From the NCBI GenBank assembly GCA_963701795.1, contig CAVPBB010000001.1:1048109-1112108 (forward strand): 64,000 bases of DNA. Direction: 5' to 3'. The notes beneath the pieces were generated by a model that saw nothing but the letters and a program-made list of their open reading frames with translations, did no database searches and was not told where the DNA came from. A program made the translations under genes and the position numbers. The DNA is from an uncultured Chloroflexia bacterium (lineage in GTDB: Bacteria; Chloroflexota; Ktedonobacteria; Ktedonobacterales; JADMIN01). Of this stretch, positions 29,063 to 38,242 are shown in pieces; within the stretch, counting starts at the first letter, position 1; each line of letters opens with the position of its first letter.

Positions 29063-30073
29063 CTACGGCTGGGCGACCAGCAGCGCCAGCTTGCCATGCG
29101 TGCGCCGCGCCTCCATATCCTGTTGCGCGCGCGCCGCCTCCTCCAGCGGATAGGCTCCGCCGACGACGATGTGTAGCCTGCCATCGGCCAGCCAGCCGCC
29201 AAGCGCCTGCATCGCCTCCGCGACCATACGCCCCGGCAAGACCGCCAGCCAGAATCCGACCACCGCCGCGTTGCGCCGCATCAGTCGCGCTGTGTCCACG
29301 TGGCCAGCCGTCCCGCTCGCCTGCCCGAAGGTGATGAGTCGTCCAAACGGCGCCAACGCCGCCTCACTCTGCGCATAGATCTCGCCACCCACCGGCTCCA
29401 GAATGACGTCGGCGCCCTTGCCATCGGTCAGCGCCCGCACCCGCTCTGTCAGATGCTCTGTCTGGTAGTTGATGAACGCATCGGCGCCCAGCGAGCGCGC
29501 CAGCTCAGCCTTATCGTCAGATCCCGCCGCCGCGATGATCTTCCCTGCGCCCAGCAGCCGCGCCACCTGCGTCGCCAGCACGCCGACTCCGCCGCCCGCC
29601 GCATTCACCAGCACGGTCTCGCCCTGCGCCAGCCGCGCCGATGTCTTGAGCAGATGATAGGCGGTCACCCCTTGCACCGGCAGCGCCACCAGTTCGGCGT
29701 CGCTCGGCCCGACTGGCGCTGGCGCCAGCATCCGGGTCGAGGTCGCCACGTAGTCAGCATAGCCGCCGTTCGCGCACAGCCCGACGACACGCGCGCCCAC
29801 CCGCAGCCAGTCACTCTCCGGCGTCTCCGGGCCGAGCGCAGCGACTGTTCCCGCGATCTCGGAGCCAGGGATGTAGGGTGTGGGCGTCGCTTCCAGATAC
29901 CGGTTATAGCGCCGCGCGATGTCGGCGAAGTTGACGCCCGCCGCCGCCACCTTCACCAGCGCCTCGCCGCGCTCCGGCTGGGGAACGGCGACCTGTTCCA
30001 GCTTGATGACCTCCACGCCACCAGCGCCCTGATAGCGAATCGCGCGCATCGTCGTCGGCGTTGTCGAAGACAT
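29063..30073 (-). CDS. NADPH:quinone oxidoreductase / zinc-type alcohol dehydrogenase superfamily (MDR)
   Basis: 'MRAIRYQGAGGVEVIKLEQVAVPQPERGEALVKVAAAGVNFADI' and the 'NAAGGGVG' cofactor loop. ATG at 30073 after an AAGGAG RBS. Confidence 0.85.
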   Translation of the reverse strand: MSSTTPTTMRAIRYQGAGGVEVIKLEQVAVPQPERGEALVKVAAAGVNFADIARRYNRYLEATPTPYIPGSEIAGTVAALGPETPESDWLRVGARVVGLCANGGYADYVATSTRMLAPAPVGPSDAELVALPVQGVTAYHLLKTSARLAQGETVLVNAAGGGVGVLATQVARLLGAGKIIAAAGSDDKAELARSLGADAFINYQTEHLTERVRALTDGKGADVILEPVGGEIYAQSEAALAPFGRLITFGQASGTAGHVDTARLMRRNAAVVGFWLAVLPGRMVAEAMQALGGWLADGRLHIVVGGAYPLEEAARAQQDMEARRTHGKLALLVAQP

Positions 30074-30104
30074 ATCCGCTCCTTCTGCCTGCTGCTCACC
30101 GCTT

Positions 30105-30131
30105 GCCAGCCAGGCGCAGCGCCTGGCTGGC
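30105..30131. promoter_or_regulatory. 27-nt perfect palindrome GCCAGCCAGGCGC-A-GCGCCTGGCTGGC in the Nudix/oxidoreductase intercistronic region
   Basis: Read directly. It lies 31 nt upstream of the oxidoreductase start and 51 nt downstream of the Nudix stop. Confidence 0.5.
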
Positions 30132-30182
30132 GCATCCACTACAAGCATACCCCAGTGGCGGCGCAGGCTGCGGCGCGCAGCG

Positions 30183-30755
30183 TCAACGTGGCAGCGTCAG
30201 GGCGCCGCTGGCGAGCAGCCGCTCTAGCTCATCCAGCGCGGCGAGCAGCGCAGGCGTCATCGGCGCCGTTGCGCGCATGGCCAGCGTCTCCGCCCAGGAG
30301 AAGAATTCGCCGCCGTCAGTCTCTACCGGGTCGAAGTGGAACGGCCCATCGTGGCGCGCGAGGAAGAGCGCCGTCATCTCCGTCTCGACTGCGGACCGCA
30401 CGAGCGTCTTGCCCAGCAGTGTCAGCGCGGTCGCGACGCCCATTTCCTCCGCCAGCTCGCGCTGCGCTGTCGCGGTGTAGTCGTCGCCAGCGATGACATG
30501 GCCAGACGCCGAGGCGCAATAGTAGCCAGGAAACAGGTCTTTGCGCGCCGAGCGCCGTTGCAGCAGCGCGCGCCCGGCGCCATCGAAGACCATCACCTGC
30601 ACACTGCGATGCAGCAGCGCGGGATTGCGATGAGCGTCGCCGCGCCGCGTCTGCCCGATCACCTGATCCTGCTCATCGACCAGATCAAATAGCTCATCGG
30701 GATTATCCGTTGTCGCGCCAGACTGGCTCGCCGAACGTGATGATGGGGTCGTCAT
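30183..30755 (-). CDS. NUDIX hydrolase
   Basis: Nudix box 'GHVIAGDDYTATAQRELAEEMGV'. The start overlaps the HAD gene stop by 4 nt. Confidence 0.85.
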   Translation of the reverse strand: MTTPSSRSASQSGATTDNPDELFDLVDEQDQVIGQTRRGDAHRNPALLHRSVQVMVFDGAGRALLQRRSARKDLFPGYYCASASGHVIAGDDYTATAQRELAEEMGVATALTLLGKTLVRSAVETEMTALFLARHDGPFHFDPVETDGGEFFSWAETLAMRATAPMTPALLAALDELERLLASGALTLPR

Positions 30756-31624
30756 GCCGTTTCCTCCGCTTCATCATCGGCGCTGATGGTTTCCTCATCC
30801 AGCACATAGCGCTCGATAGCCAGCGCGGCGCCATCCGCATCGTTCGCAGCAGTCACGGCGTCGGCGGCCTGCTGAACCTCTGGCGCGGCGTTGCCCATTG
30901 CGACGCCCAGCCCAGCCGCGCGCAGCATCGAGACATCATTGACCCCGTCGCCAATCGCCAGCGTCTGTTCCATCGCGATACCCAGCCGTTGGGCCAACCA
31001 GCGTAGCCCGGCGCCTTTCGAGGCGCCCGGCGAGAACACCGTCAGCTCGGCGATGCCATAGGAGCCTAGCGGCAATATCTGCCGTCCGACTGGCTCATCG
31101 CCCAGCCCAGCGAGCGCGGCGCGCAGCCGAGGCTCTGGCCCGAACGAGACCAACCGCAACACCTCTGGAGCGGCGTCGGCGAGCTGATCCAGCGCGACAT
31201 AGGTCGTCTGCTCACGAAAGTTCTCCAGATAGCTCCGCATCCACTTCGGATGTGGCGCCGCTTTGCTCACCGCCATCCGCTCGCCCTGCGCGGCGCTAAA
31301 CTGCGCAGCCACCTGTAGCTCATGCGTCGCCAGAAGCTCCACGGCGCGCCGCGTCAGGCCGACATCGAGCGTCTGACGCAGTTCTACCGCGCCACCAGGG
31401 AAAGCCTGCACGAGCGCTCCGTCATAGAGGATCAGCGACCCTTCCAGCCCCAACTCCTCTGCGATGGCGCTCACGCCAATCCAGCGGCGCGCGGTGGCCA
31501 GCGCGACCACCACTCCGTGCGCGCGCGCCTCGCGCACCGCACGAATCGTGCGCGCCGTGAGCGAGCCATCTGGAGCCAGAATCGTCCCATCCATGTCCAG
31601 CGCCATCAGCCGAACTGTTGTCAC
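30752..31624 (-). CDS. Cof-type HAD-IIB phosphatase
   Basis: 'LMALDMDGTIL' motif I and 'AIGDGVNDVSMLRAAGLGVAMGNA' motif IV. Confidence 0.85.
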   Translation of the reverse strand: MTTVRLMALDMDGTILAPDGSLTARTIRAVREARAHGVVVALATARRWIGVSAIAEELGLEGSLILYDGALVQAFPGGAVELRQTLDVGLTRRAVELLATHELQVAAQFSAAQGERMAVSKAAPHPKWMRSYLENFREQTTYVALDQLADAAPEVLRLVSFGPEPRLRAALAGLGDEPVGRQILPLGSYGIAELTVFSPGASKGAGLRWLAQRLGIAMEQTLAIGDGVNDVSMLRAAGLGVAMGNAAPEVQQAADAVTAANDADGAALAIERYVLDEETISADDEAEETA

Positions 31625-31639
31625 CTGCCTCGATTCCCT

Positions 31640-31990
31640 TCACTCGTCTCTCGCGGGCCGCCAACGCAGCGCCACTGGATAGATCAGCGCGCCGAGCGCC
31701 AGAACCGCCGACGCCACGAACAGCAATGTATCCGCTCGCCCACGCCACAGCGCAAAGGTCGCGGCGGCAGGCGCGCTGGTCAGTCGCTGGCTCGTCTCCA
31801 TGCCGGAGACGAACAACTCGGTGACGCCGCTGACGATAAACCACAGCCCGACGAACCCCACCAGCGCCGCGCGCCACTCTCGCCGCCGCCCGCCTGTCAG
31901 CGGATAGCGCGCCAGCCAGGCGCCAACGATCACCTGCCCCAGCCCAAACACCAGCGAGAGGATGAGATTGAGTGGTACTGAGCCTATCAT
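31640..31990 (-). CDS. small integral membrane protein (116 aa, 3-4 TM), unknown function
   Basis: Hydrophobic ORF with high GC3, tightly packed between ecfT and the HAD gene. Confidence 0.55.
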   Translation of the reverse strand: MIGSVPLNLILSLVFGLGQVIVGAWLARYPLTGGRRREWRAALVGFVGLWFIVSGVTELFVSGMETSQRLTSAPAAATFALWRGRADTLLFVASAVLALGALIYPVALRWRPARDE

Positions 31991-32044
31991 CCGGATGTGT
32001 ACTCACTTCGAGCCGCCACAGTGTCACACCACCTCGCCCGCCAG

Positions 32045-32887
32045 CTACAGGAACCGATACACGGCAATCGTGATCAGCGGAATCGCCACCAGCAGCGCCC
32101 AATCTAGCGCGCGGAGTCTGCCTTCATGCAGCAGCGTCGCCTCACCCGTCACACCATAGCCGCGCGCCTCCAGCGCCGTCGCAAGCCCACCTGCGCGGCG
32201 CAGAGCGCCCTCGGTCAGCGGCACGACCAGCATCACCACGCCACGCACACGCGCCGCAACCGAGCCGGTGGTAAACTCGGCGCCGCGTGACACCTGCGCC
32301 TTGATGAGCTGGTTCGTCTCCTGCACCAGCGTCGGCACGAAGCGCAACGAGAGCAGCGTCATCAGGCCAAACTCATCGGCTGGCAGTCCCAGCCGCCGGA
32401 ATGGCCGCAGCAGCAGCACAATCGCCTCTGCCAGCGCCACAGGCGTAGTGCTGAGCGAGAGCGCCAGCGTGCCGAGGTAGAGCAGCAGAAAGATACAGGT
32501 CGTCGAGACTGAGAACCACAGTCCATCATAAGTCACGACCACCTCGAACGGAAACCTCACCCCACGAAACGTGAAGGCCAGCGGGCCAAAGGTGCGCCAG
32601 GTACGCCCTGTCGTCCAGATCAGCAGAAACGGCACGCTCAGCGCCATCAGCAGCAGCAGCAGGCGCAGCCGCCGCCAGATATAGCCCGGATTCGCGCCAC
32701 TGAGGAGCAGCGTCAGGAAGAGCAGCCCGAAGGCCAGCCCATAGACGCCGTAGTGGAACTGCTTGTGGTTAGCGATGAAGAACGAGAGCGCCAGCCAGCA
32801 GAGCAGCAGCAGCTTCGTTCGCGCCCGCAGGCGATGGATCACGGTGTCGCGCGGGATGTAGGAGCCAACCGGCAGATTATCCAGCAT
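32045..32887 (-). CDS. ecfT: ECF transporter transmembrane (T) component
   Basis: CbiQ/EcfT-like. 'ALEARGY' type coupling-helix motif near the C-terminus and multiple TM segments. Start trimmed to the ATG at 32887. Confidence 0.85.
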   Translation of the reverse strand: MLDNLPVGSYIPRDTVIHRLRARTKLLLLCWLALSFFIANHKQFHYGVYGLAFGLLFLTLLLSGANPGYIWRRLRLLLLLMALSVPFLLIWTTGRTWRTFGPLAFTFRGVRFPFEVVVTYDGLWFSVSTTCIFLLLYLGTLALSLSTTPVALAEAIVLLLRPFRRLGLPADEFGLMTLLSLRFVPTLVQETNQLIKAQVSRGAEFTTGSVAARVRGVVMLVVPLTEGALRRAGGLATALEARGYGVTGEATLLHEGRLRALDWALLVAIPLITIAVYRFL

Positions 32888-33800
32888 GGTCGCCTCCCTC
32901 CGCATCAATCCAGCGCCGCTCAGGCTCACGCCAGCGGAATGGCGCCGAGCGAGCCAGCGCCTCTGCCAGCGCCTCGGCGGTCAGACTGGTTGGCTCCGCG
33001 TCCAGCAATCCCCGGGCGAGGGCGAGCGCCGCCACCTGCGCGAGCGGCGGTGGTAACAGCCCCGCCGCCTCAATCGCTTCTGTCTCGCGAAAGACAGCCT
33101 CGGTTGGCCCGCTCAGCGCCATCGCGCCATCGCGCAATGCCAGCACAGTCTCGGCGAGCGCGGCGACCTCACTCATGTCGTGCGAAATGACGATCAGCGT
33201 CAGCCCCTCACGCGCGCGCAGATCATGCAAGGTCGCGTAGATCTCCTCGCGCGCCTCCGCATCCAGTCCTGCGCTCGGCTCATCCAGCACGACAGCGCCT
33301 GGGCGCATCGCCAGCACGCCCGCCAGCGCGACCCGGCGGCGTTGCCCGCCCGACAGCGCAAACGGAGAGCGCGCCATGAAGGCGTCATCATCGGGCAGCG
33401 CTACCGAACGCAACGCCCAGCGCGTCCGCTCGCTGATCTCCTGCCGCGTCAGCTTCATGCGACTCGGCCCATAGGCCACGTCTTCGCCAATCGTCGGCGC
33501 GAAGAGCTGTCCCTCGGGAAACTGGAACAGCAACCCGACCCGTCGGCGCAGCTCGCGCAACTCACGACCAGCCAGGCCGCGCGGCGTCAGCTCCAGGTCG
33601 TCCACCACCACACGCCCGCTCGATGGCGTCAACAAGCCGTTGAGGCACTGCGCCAGCGTAGACTTGCCCGATCCGGTCACGCCAACAATCGCCACACACG
33701 AGCCATCTTCCACCCGCAGGCTGACATCGCGCAGCGCCACCCGCTCGAGCGGCGTGCCCGCGTGATAGATGAGAGAGAGATGCTCCACCAGAATCGTCAT
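32877..33800 (-). CDS. ecfA2: ECF transporter ATPase component A2
   Basis: Walker A 'GVTGSGKST', signature 'LSGGQRRRVALA', Walker B 'VVLDEPSAGLD'. Confidence 0.9.
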   Translation of the reverse strand: MTILVEHLSLIYHAGTPLERVALRDVSLRVEDGSCVAIVGVTGSGKSTLAQCLNGLLTPSSGRVVVDDLELTPRGLAGRELRELRRRVGLLFQFPEGQLFAPTIGEDVAYGPSRMKLTRQEISERTRWALRSVALPDDDAFMARSPFALSGGQRRRVALAGVLAMRPGAVVLDEPSAGLDAEAREEIYATLHDLRAREGLTLIVISHDMSEVAALAETVLALRDGAMALSGPTEAVFRETEAIEAAGLLPPPLAQVAALALARGLLDAEPTSLTAEALAEALARSAPFRWREPERRWIDAEGGDHAG

Positions 33801-34657
33801 CGTGGCCGCTCCAGCGCGCCGATCAACGCCTCAGGCGTCAGCGCATCGCTCGCCAACGGCACGCCCAGCGCCCGCAGCCGCTCGCCCAGTCGCGCGGTAT
33901 CGGGGATCACCAGGCGCAGCGCCCGCAGCCGGTCGAGGTCGCCGAACGCCTGGGCAGGCGGCGCGTCCAGCGCGATGCGCCCGCTGTCGAGCGCGACCAC
34001 GCGATGCGCCTCTGCCGCCTCTTCGAGCAGATGTGTCACATGGATGATCGTCAGGCCGCGTTCACGGTTGAGTTGACGGAGCAACGCAGACACCTCCAGG
34101 CGCGAGCGCGGATCGAGCATCGCGGTCGGCTCATCGGCGATCAGCACCAGCGGTTCGAGCGCCAGCACCCCGGCGATGGCCAGCCGCTGCCGTTGCCCAC
34201 CCGATAGCTCGTTCGGCGCGCGACCATACATGCCGCGCAGGCCCACCGCCGCCAGCGCCTCACGTGTCCGCTGGACGATCACCTCATGGCTGAAGCCGCG
34301 CGCCGCCAGCCCCCACCCAACATCGTCCTCCACCACCGTCGCCACGATCTGATTGTCTGGATCAGAGAAGATCATGCCGATCAACTGTCGCACGCTCGCC
34401 CGATTCGCAGGCGCGGCGGTATCCAGACCAGCGACTGTCACTCGTCCGCTCGTGGGTCGCGTCAGCCCGCCGATGATGCGCGCGAGTGTAGACTTGCCGC
34501 TGCCATTATGCCCCAGCAGCGCGATATATTCCCCCTGGCTGATCGTCAGCGAGACATCGCTGAGCGCCGCAGTCTCGGTATCGGGGTAGGTGTAGTCCAG
34601 TCGCTCAACGCGAATATCCGCGCGGTCAGCGCCATGCGCACTGACTGGATGAGTCAT
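33797..34657 (-). CDS. ecfA1: ECF transporter ATPase component A1
   Basis: Walker A 'GHNGSGKST', signature 'LSGGQRQRLAIA', Walker B 'LIADEPTAMLD'. 4-nt overlaps with both neighbouring genes. Confidence 0.9.
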   Translation of the reverse strand: MTHPVSAHGADRADIRVERLDYTYPDTETAALSDVSLTISQGEYIALLGHNGSGKSTLARIIGGLTRPTSGRVTVAGLDTAAPANRASVRQLIGMIFSDPDNQIVATVVEDDVGWGLAARGFSHEVIVQRTREALAAVGLRGMYGRAPNELSGGQRQRLAIAGVLALEPLVLIADEPTAMLDPRSRLEVSALLRQLNRERGLTIIHVTHLLEEAAEAHRVVALDSGRIALDAPPAQAFGDLDRLRALRLVIPDTARLGERLRALGVPLASDALTPEALIGALERPR

Positions 34658-35697
34658 CGCTCACCCGCCTCTCTGCTGCGTGCGGCAGCCTCCATCAACT
34701 CGCGCTCACGCTGCTCTTGCGCTGTGGCGCGCTCGTCTGCCGCCAGGGCAGGCGCTGGGGGCTGCGGCTGTTGCGGTTGGGCGACGGTGGTCGTCGTCAG
34801 TTCGTGGCGCAGCCGAGTCTGGCGGCGGCGGCGGCCAATCGCGCGCGCTACCCAGACTGGCCCCCACAACGGCGCCGTCACTACCCGCCAGAGCATGCGC
34901 GTCACCCAGAAGATCGGGCTGAGCGCCACACCCGCCACATGCAAAGCGCGCCACACCCACGGCGGCGGAAACGGCTTCACATCGTGGCCCAGCGCATAGG
35001 CGGTTGTCGAGGCGACGCTGTAATAGAGCAGCACTACGGGGAATGTCAGCGCCGTGACATAGAGAAAGAACATCGGTATCCAGTAGGTCAGCGTCACGTG
35101 CGCCACCGCCGCGAAGAATGGTCGCACACCCAACCAGGCATGCTGTGCGCCCAGCAGCGTGGCCGAACTATCGAGCAGCCAGCCTATGCTTACCAGCATA
35201 TTCCGCAGTTCGAGGTAGAGATCGTGCAGCGGCAGGCCGAGCGCATAGACAGCGCCAAACGCCGCCGCATACGCCACAACCGCGTTGACCAGCAGCCCCA
35301 GCGTAATCGCCCGCGCTGGCGACCAGCGGCGGCTCATCGCCCATCCCATCGCCATGCCAATCACCGCTTCGAGCGTCAGCCGCCAGCCATAGTGTGGGCC
35401 AACCAGCACCGTCATCAGGAACCCCGCGACACACGCCGCGAACAGCGTGATCCGGGCGCCGCGCCGCAGATAGAGGATGGCGAACGGGGTAGGAACGAGC
35501 GGAATGAACGCCATACCGAGAATCGGCACGTAGATCCAGGCGAGATCAAAGACGATGGCTACATCGGTCAGCAGCCCAGCCTCCGCCATGCTGATCGCGT
35601 TCGCCCAGGGCGCGCGCGGCTCGGTCCCAGCGATTGGCGGTGGCGTTATCCCTCGCGACACAAGGCTATCGTCCGTGCTGATTGCTGGCTCGTCCAC
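34654..35697 (-). CDS. polytopic membrane protein (DUF2232-like?) in the S-component position of the ECF operon, with a charged C-terminal tail
   Basis: About 7 TM segments, then 'RRRRQTRLRHELTTTTVAQPQQPQPPAPALAADERATAQEQRERELMEAAARSREAGER'. GTG start and a 4-nt overlap with ecfA1. The family assignment is tentative. Confidence 0.65.
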   Translation of the reverse strand: MDEPAISTDDSLVSRGITPPPIAGTEPRAPWANAISMAEAGLLTDVAIVFDLAWIYVPILGMAFIPLVPTPFAILYLRRGARITLFAACVAGFLMTVLVGPHYGWRLTLEAVIGMAMGWAMSRRWSPARAITLGLLVNAVVAYAAAFGAVYALGLPLHDLYLELRNMLVSIGWLLDSSATLLGAQHAWLGVRPFFAAVAHVTLTYWIPMFFLYVTALTFPVVLLYYSVASTTAYALGHDVKPFPPPWVWRALHVAGVALSPIFWVTRMLWRVVTAPLWGPVWVARAIGRRRRQTRLRHELTTTTVAQPQQPQPPAPALAADERATAQEQRERELMEAAARSREAGER

Positions 35698-35823
35698 GGC
35701 AATTCACTTTCGCGCGTGAAGATGATCTCGTGGCCGACCGTGCGCGGAGCCACTCGGTTCCATAGCGGCAGCATAGCACGTACATCGTCTACCGGCCTAC
35801 CCGGCCTAGTACCCAACGCGGCG

Positions 35824-35846
35824 CAGCGCCGCAGAGAGCGGCGCTG
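35824..35846. terminator. hairpin CAGCGCCGC-AGAGA-GCGGCGCTG downstream of the MFS gene
   Basis: 9-bp perfect stem, 46 nt after the MFS stop on the minus strand. Confidence 0.45.
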
Positions 35847-35891
35847 GCGATTCCATCATAAACCGGGGTGGCGTGGGCGCTGGCCCGGCGT

Positions 35892-37322
35892 CTACGCGCC
35901 TATCATCGCTTCCGCCGACGCGCCGAGCGCCTCGACATCCTGCTTGTAGAAGCGGCTCCCCCAGATGCCGACGATGCCAGCCGCAACGAGCGCCACCGGG
36001 CAGGTCACGAGCAGCGCCAGCCCAATCTGCTCGCCGCCGAGCCATCCGCTGAACGCGACTGAGATAGCGCCAACAAGCGTCGTCGCATAGATGTCGCCCA
36101 GCACATGCGCCAGCGTCAGTTCCAGGCCACCGCCCGCCGCGCGCAGATTCGGCGGCAGCACATCCTGCAAGGCCGCGCTGGTTGGCCCATTGTAGACATT
36201 CAGGAAGAATGAGGCGCAGAAGCCCATCAACGCGAAGATCGCCACACCTATCTTCACCTGCGTCGCGGGTGTCAGCGCCTGATAAGCTGGCAGCGCCTGG
36301 AGCACAATCGGCGCGCTCAGCGTAATCACCACAAATGGCGCCGCATACAAGAAGCCCAGGCCTCCCGTCCGCACACGCGCGCCGACGTACTTGCGCCGCA
36401 GACGATTCGCCCACGCGCCACCGTAGATGCCGCCAGCAATGCCGCCCAGCACCAGCAGCGCGCCGGCCAGGATCGGGGTGGTAGACCTGCCCAGCGCCGC
36501 GCTGCCAAAGCGCGACTGAGCCTCATACCCATAGGTGGAACTGAGGTAGATGACCAGAAAGTTCGAGATGGCCGCCAGCGGAAAGAAGCCGAGGGCATGC
36601 TGAAACAGGATGACCCGGAACGTCGGAATCTTCCAGCAGCGTTTGATCGTGCCGACGATGCTCATGCCCTGCGGTAGCTCCACCGGCTCCGGGTCCCCAT
36701 CCGATTTCAGGCGGCGGCGCAGACCAAACATCAGGAGGGCGAGAATCAGGCCGGGTACGGCGCTGATGTAGAAGGCGTAGCGCCACCTGTCAGGATAGTC
36801 GAAGATACCGCCGATGAGGAAGCCAATGCCCGCGCCAAAGAGCGCGCTGGCGCCCCACCATGCGAGGATCGATGCGCGGCGCTGCGGCGGGAACCATGCC
36901 GCCAGCAGCGGCGTGCCAGAGGGATAGTAACTGCCCTCGCCCACGCCAACCACAGTGCGCGCCAGCAGCATCGAATTGAAGTTGAACGCGCCCCCCGTCA
37001 GCAGCGTCGCGAAACTCCACAGCGCCACACCCGCCCCCACGACAACCTTGCGGCTGTAGCGCTCGGCGAGATAGCCCAGCGGAAAGGCGACCAGCGAGTA
37101 GACGATGAGGAACGCGCTGGCGAGGCTGCCTATCTGCAGGTCATTGAAGCCAAACTGCGACTTCACGGTGTCTGAAACCGCCGAAAAGATGAATCGGTCG
37201 GCATAGTTGAAGAAATTGATGCCGCACATCAGCCAGAACACATACCAGGCGTAGACTCCCACGCGGGGGCTTGTCGTCGACGCCTGTGTCGCGACCGGGG
37301 CGGAGGGTGTCACTTCGCTCAC
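35892..37322 (-). CDS. MFS transporter (12 TM)
   Basis: 'GYLAERYSRKVVVGAGVALWS' MFS motif-A region, 476 aa. GTG start with a GAGGAG RBS. Confidence 0.85.
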   Translation of the reverse strand: MSEVTPSAPVATQASTTSPRVGVYAWYVFWLMCGINFFNYADRFIFSAVSDTVKSQFGFNDLQIGSLASAFLIVYSLVAFPLGYLAERYSRKVVVGAGVALWSFATLLTGGAFNFNSMLLARTVVGVGEGSYYPSGTPLLAAWFPPQRRASILAWWGASALFGAGIGFLIGGIFDYPDRWRYAFYISAVPGLILALLMFGLRRRLKSDGDPEPVELPQGMSIVGTIKRCWKIPTFRVILFQHALGFFPLAAISNFLVIYLSSTYGYEAQSRFGSAALGRSTTPILAGALLVLGGIAGGIYGGAWANRLRRKYVGARVRTGGLGFLYAAPFVVITLSAPIVLQALPAYQALTPATQVKIGVAIFALMGFCASFFLNVYNGPTSAALQDVLPPNLRAAGGGLELTLAHVLGDIYATTLVGAISVAFSGWLGGEQIGLALLVTCPVALVAAGIVGIWGSRFYKQDVEALGASAEAMIGA

Positions 37323-37733
37323 TGAATGCTCCTCGTGGAATGAGAGAACGACTGATCGGAGATCGCTAGCATCGCGCGGCGCACGGGCGAGGCGCAGGCG
37401 AACACTGGCAAGCGGACAATGGGCAGGCGCGCAATGAGGAACAGGCGAACAGATGACAGCAGATGCGCGCCTCGCCTGCCACCGGCATCATAGCATGGCG
37501 AGCAAACGCGCTCAAGCGCGAGGCGCCCACACCAAATTGTGCAAAGGGCCGCATTTCGGCGAACAGCCCCAGCTCGTCCCTGGCGCTCGGCGGCGCCCGC
37601 TTGAGTTGCCGACTCCCTCGCCTATGCTTCTCCACAGGTCAAACGGTCGCTGGACGGCAAACTGGCGAAATTCTTTGCCATCGATCACGCGCCCAACAGC
37701 GAATTTGTCCGTAAAAGGTACTATCGCTTCATC

Positions 37734-37762
37734 TTTACTCTCTCGTTACGTCATGCTATAGT
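37734..37762 (+). promoter_or_regulatory. sigma-70-like promoter TTTACT-17-TATAGT upstream of the HxlR-family gene
   Basis: Read directly, within the only markedly AT-rich stretch of the 37.3-37.8 kb gap. Confidence 0.4.
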
Positions 37763-37830
37763 TTATGTAGTATTTTGTTTTGCTTTATGCTGCCCGCCAT
37801 TCGATGACGACGGGTGAGGAGCGAGAAGCC

Positions 37831-38190
37831 ATGACTCATCGTTCGGCCACTGTTACAGACCCCGCCCTCACTTCCGCTCTCGACCGTGTCGTATGCCCCG
37901 TCGCGCGCACAGCAGAGATTATCAGTGGCAAGTGGACGTTGCTCATCATTCGCGACCTGACGACAGGCACCAAACGATTCAGTGAGCTTGAGCGATCGCT
38001 GGAGGGCATCAGCCCAAAGACTCTCTCGGAGCGGCTTGTCGCACTGGAGCGCGAGGGTGTGCTGAGTCGCCGCACCTTTGCCGAGGTCCCGCCCAGAGTG
38101 GAATATTCCCTCACCGAGAAGGGCCAGGCGTTGGCTGGCGTCATCGAAGAAATGCGCCTCTATGGCAGGCAATGGCTGGGCTGCAAATAG
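37831..38190 (+). CDS. HxlR family winged-helix transcriptional regulator
   Basis: 'CPVARTAEIISGKWTLLIIRDLTTGTKRFSELERSLEGISPKTLSERLVALEREGVLSRR...PRVEYSLTEKG'. Confidence 0.85.
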   Translation: MTHRSATVTDPALTSALDRVVCPVARTAEIISGKWTLLIIRDLTTGTKRFSELERSLEGISPKTLSERLVALEREGVLSRRTFAEVPPRVEYSLTEKGQALAGVIEEMRLYGRQWLGCK

Positions 38191-38242
38191 ATTGATCCGC
38201 AGCGTTCCTAGCCACCGCTGTGCAATGAGCCGTAAGCGCACA

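Noticed and set aside
37366-37635. 89-aa minus-strand ORF in the long MFS/HxlR spacer.
   Set aside because: It has Cys/Arg/Ala-rich junk composition, no RBS and low coding-like periodicity.
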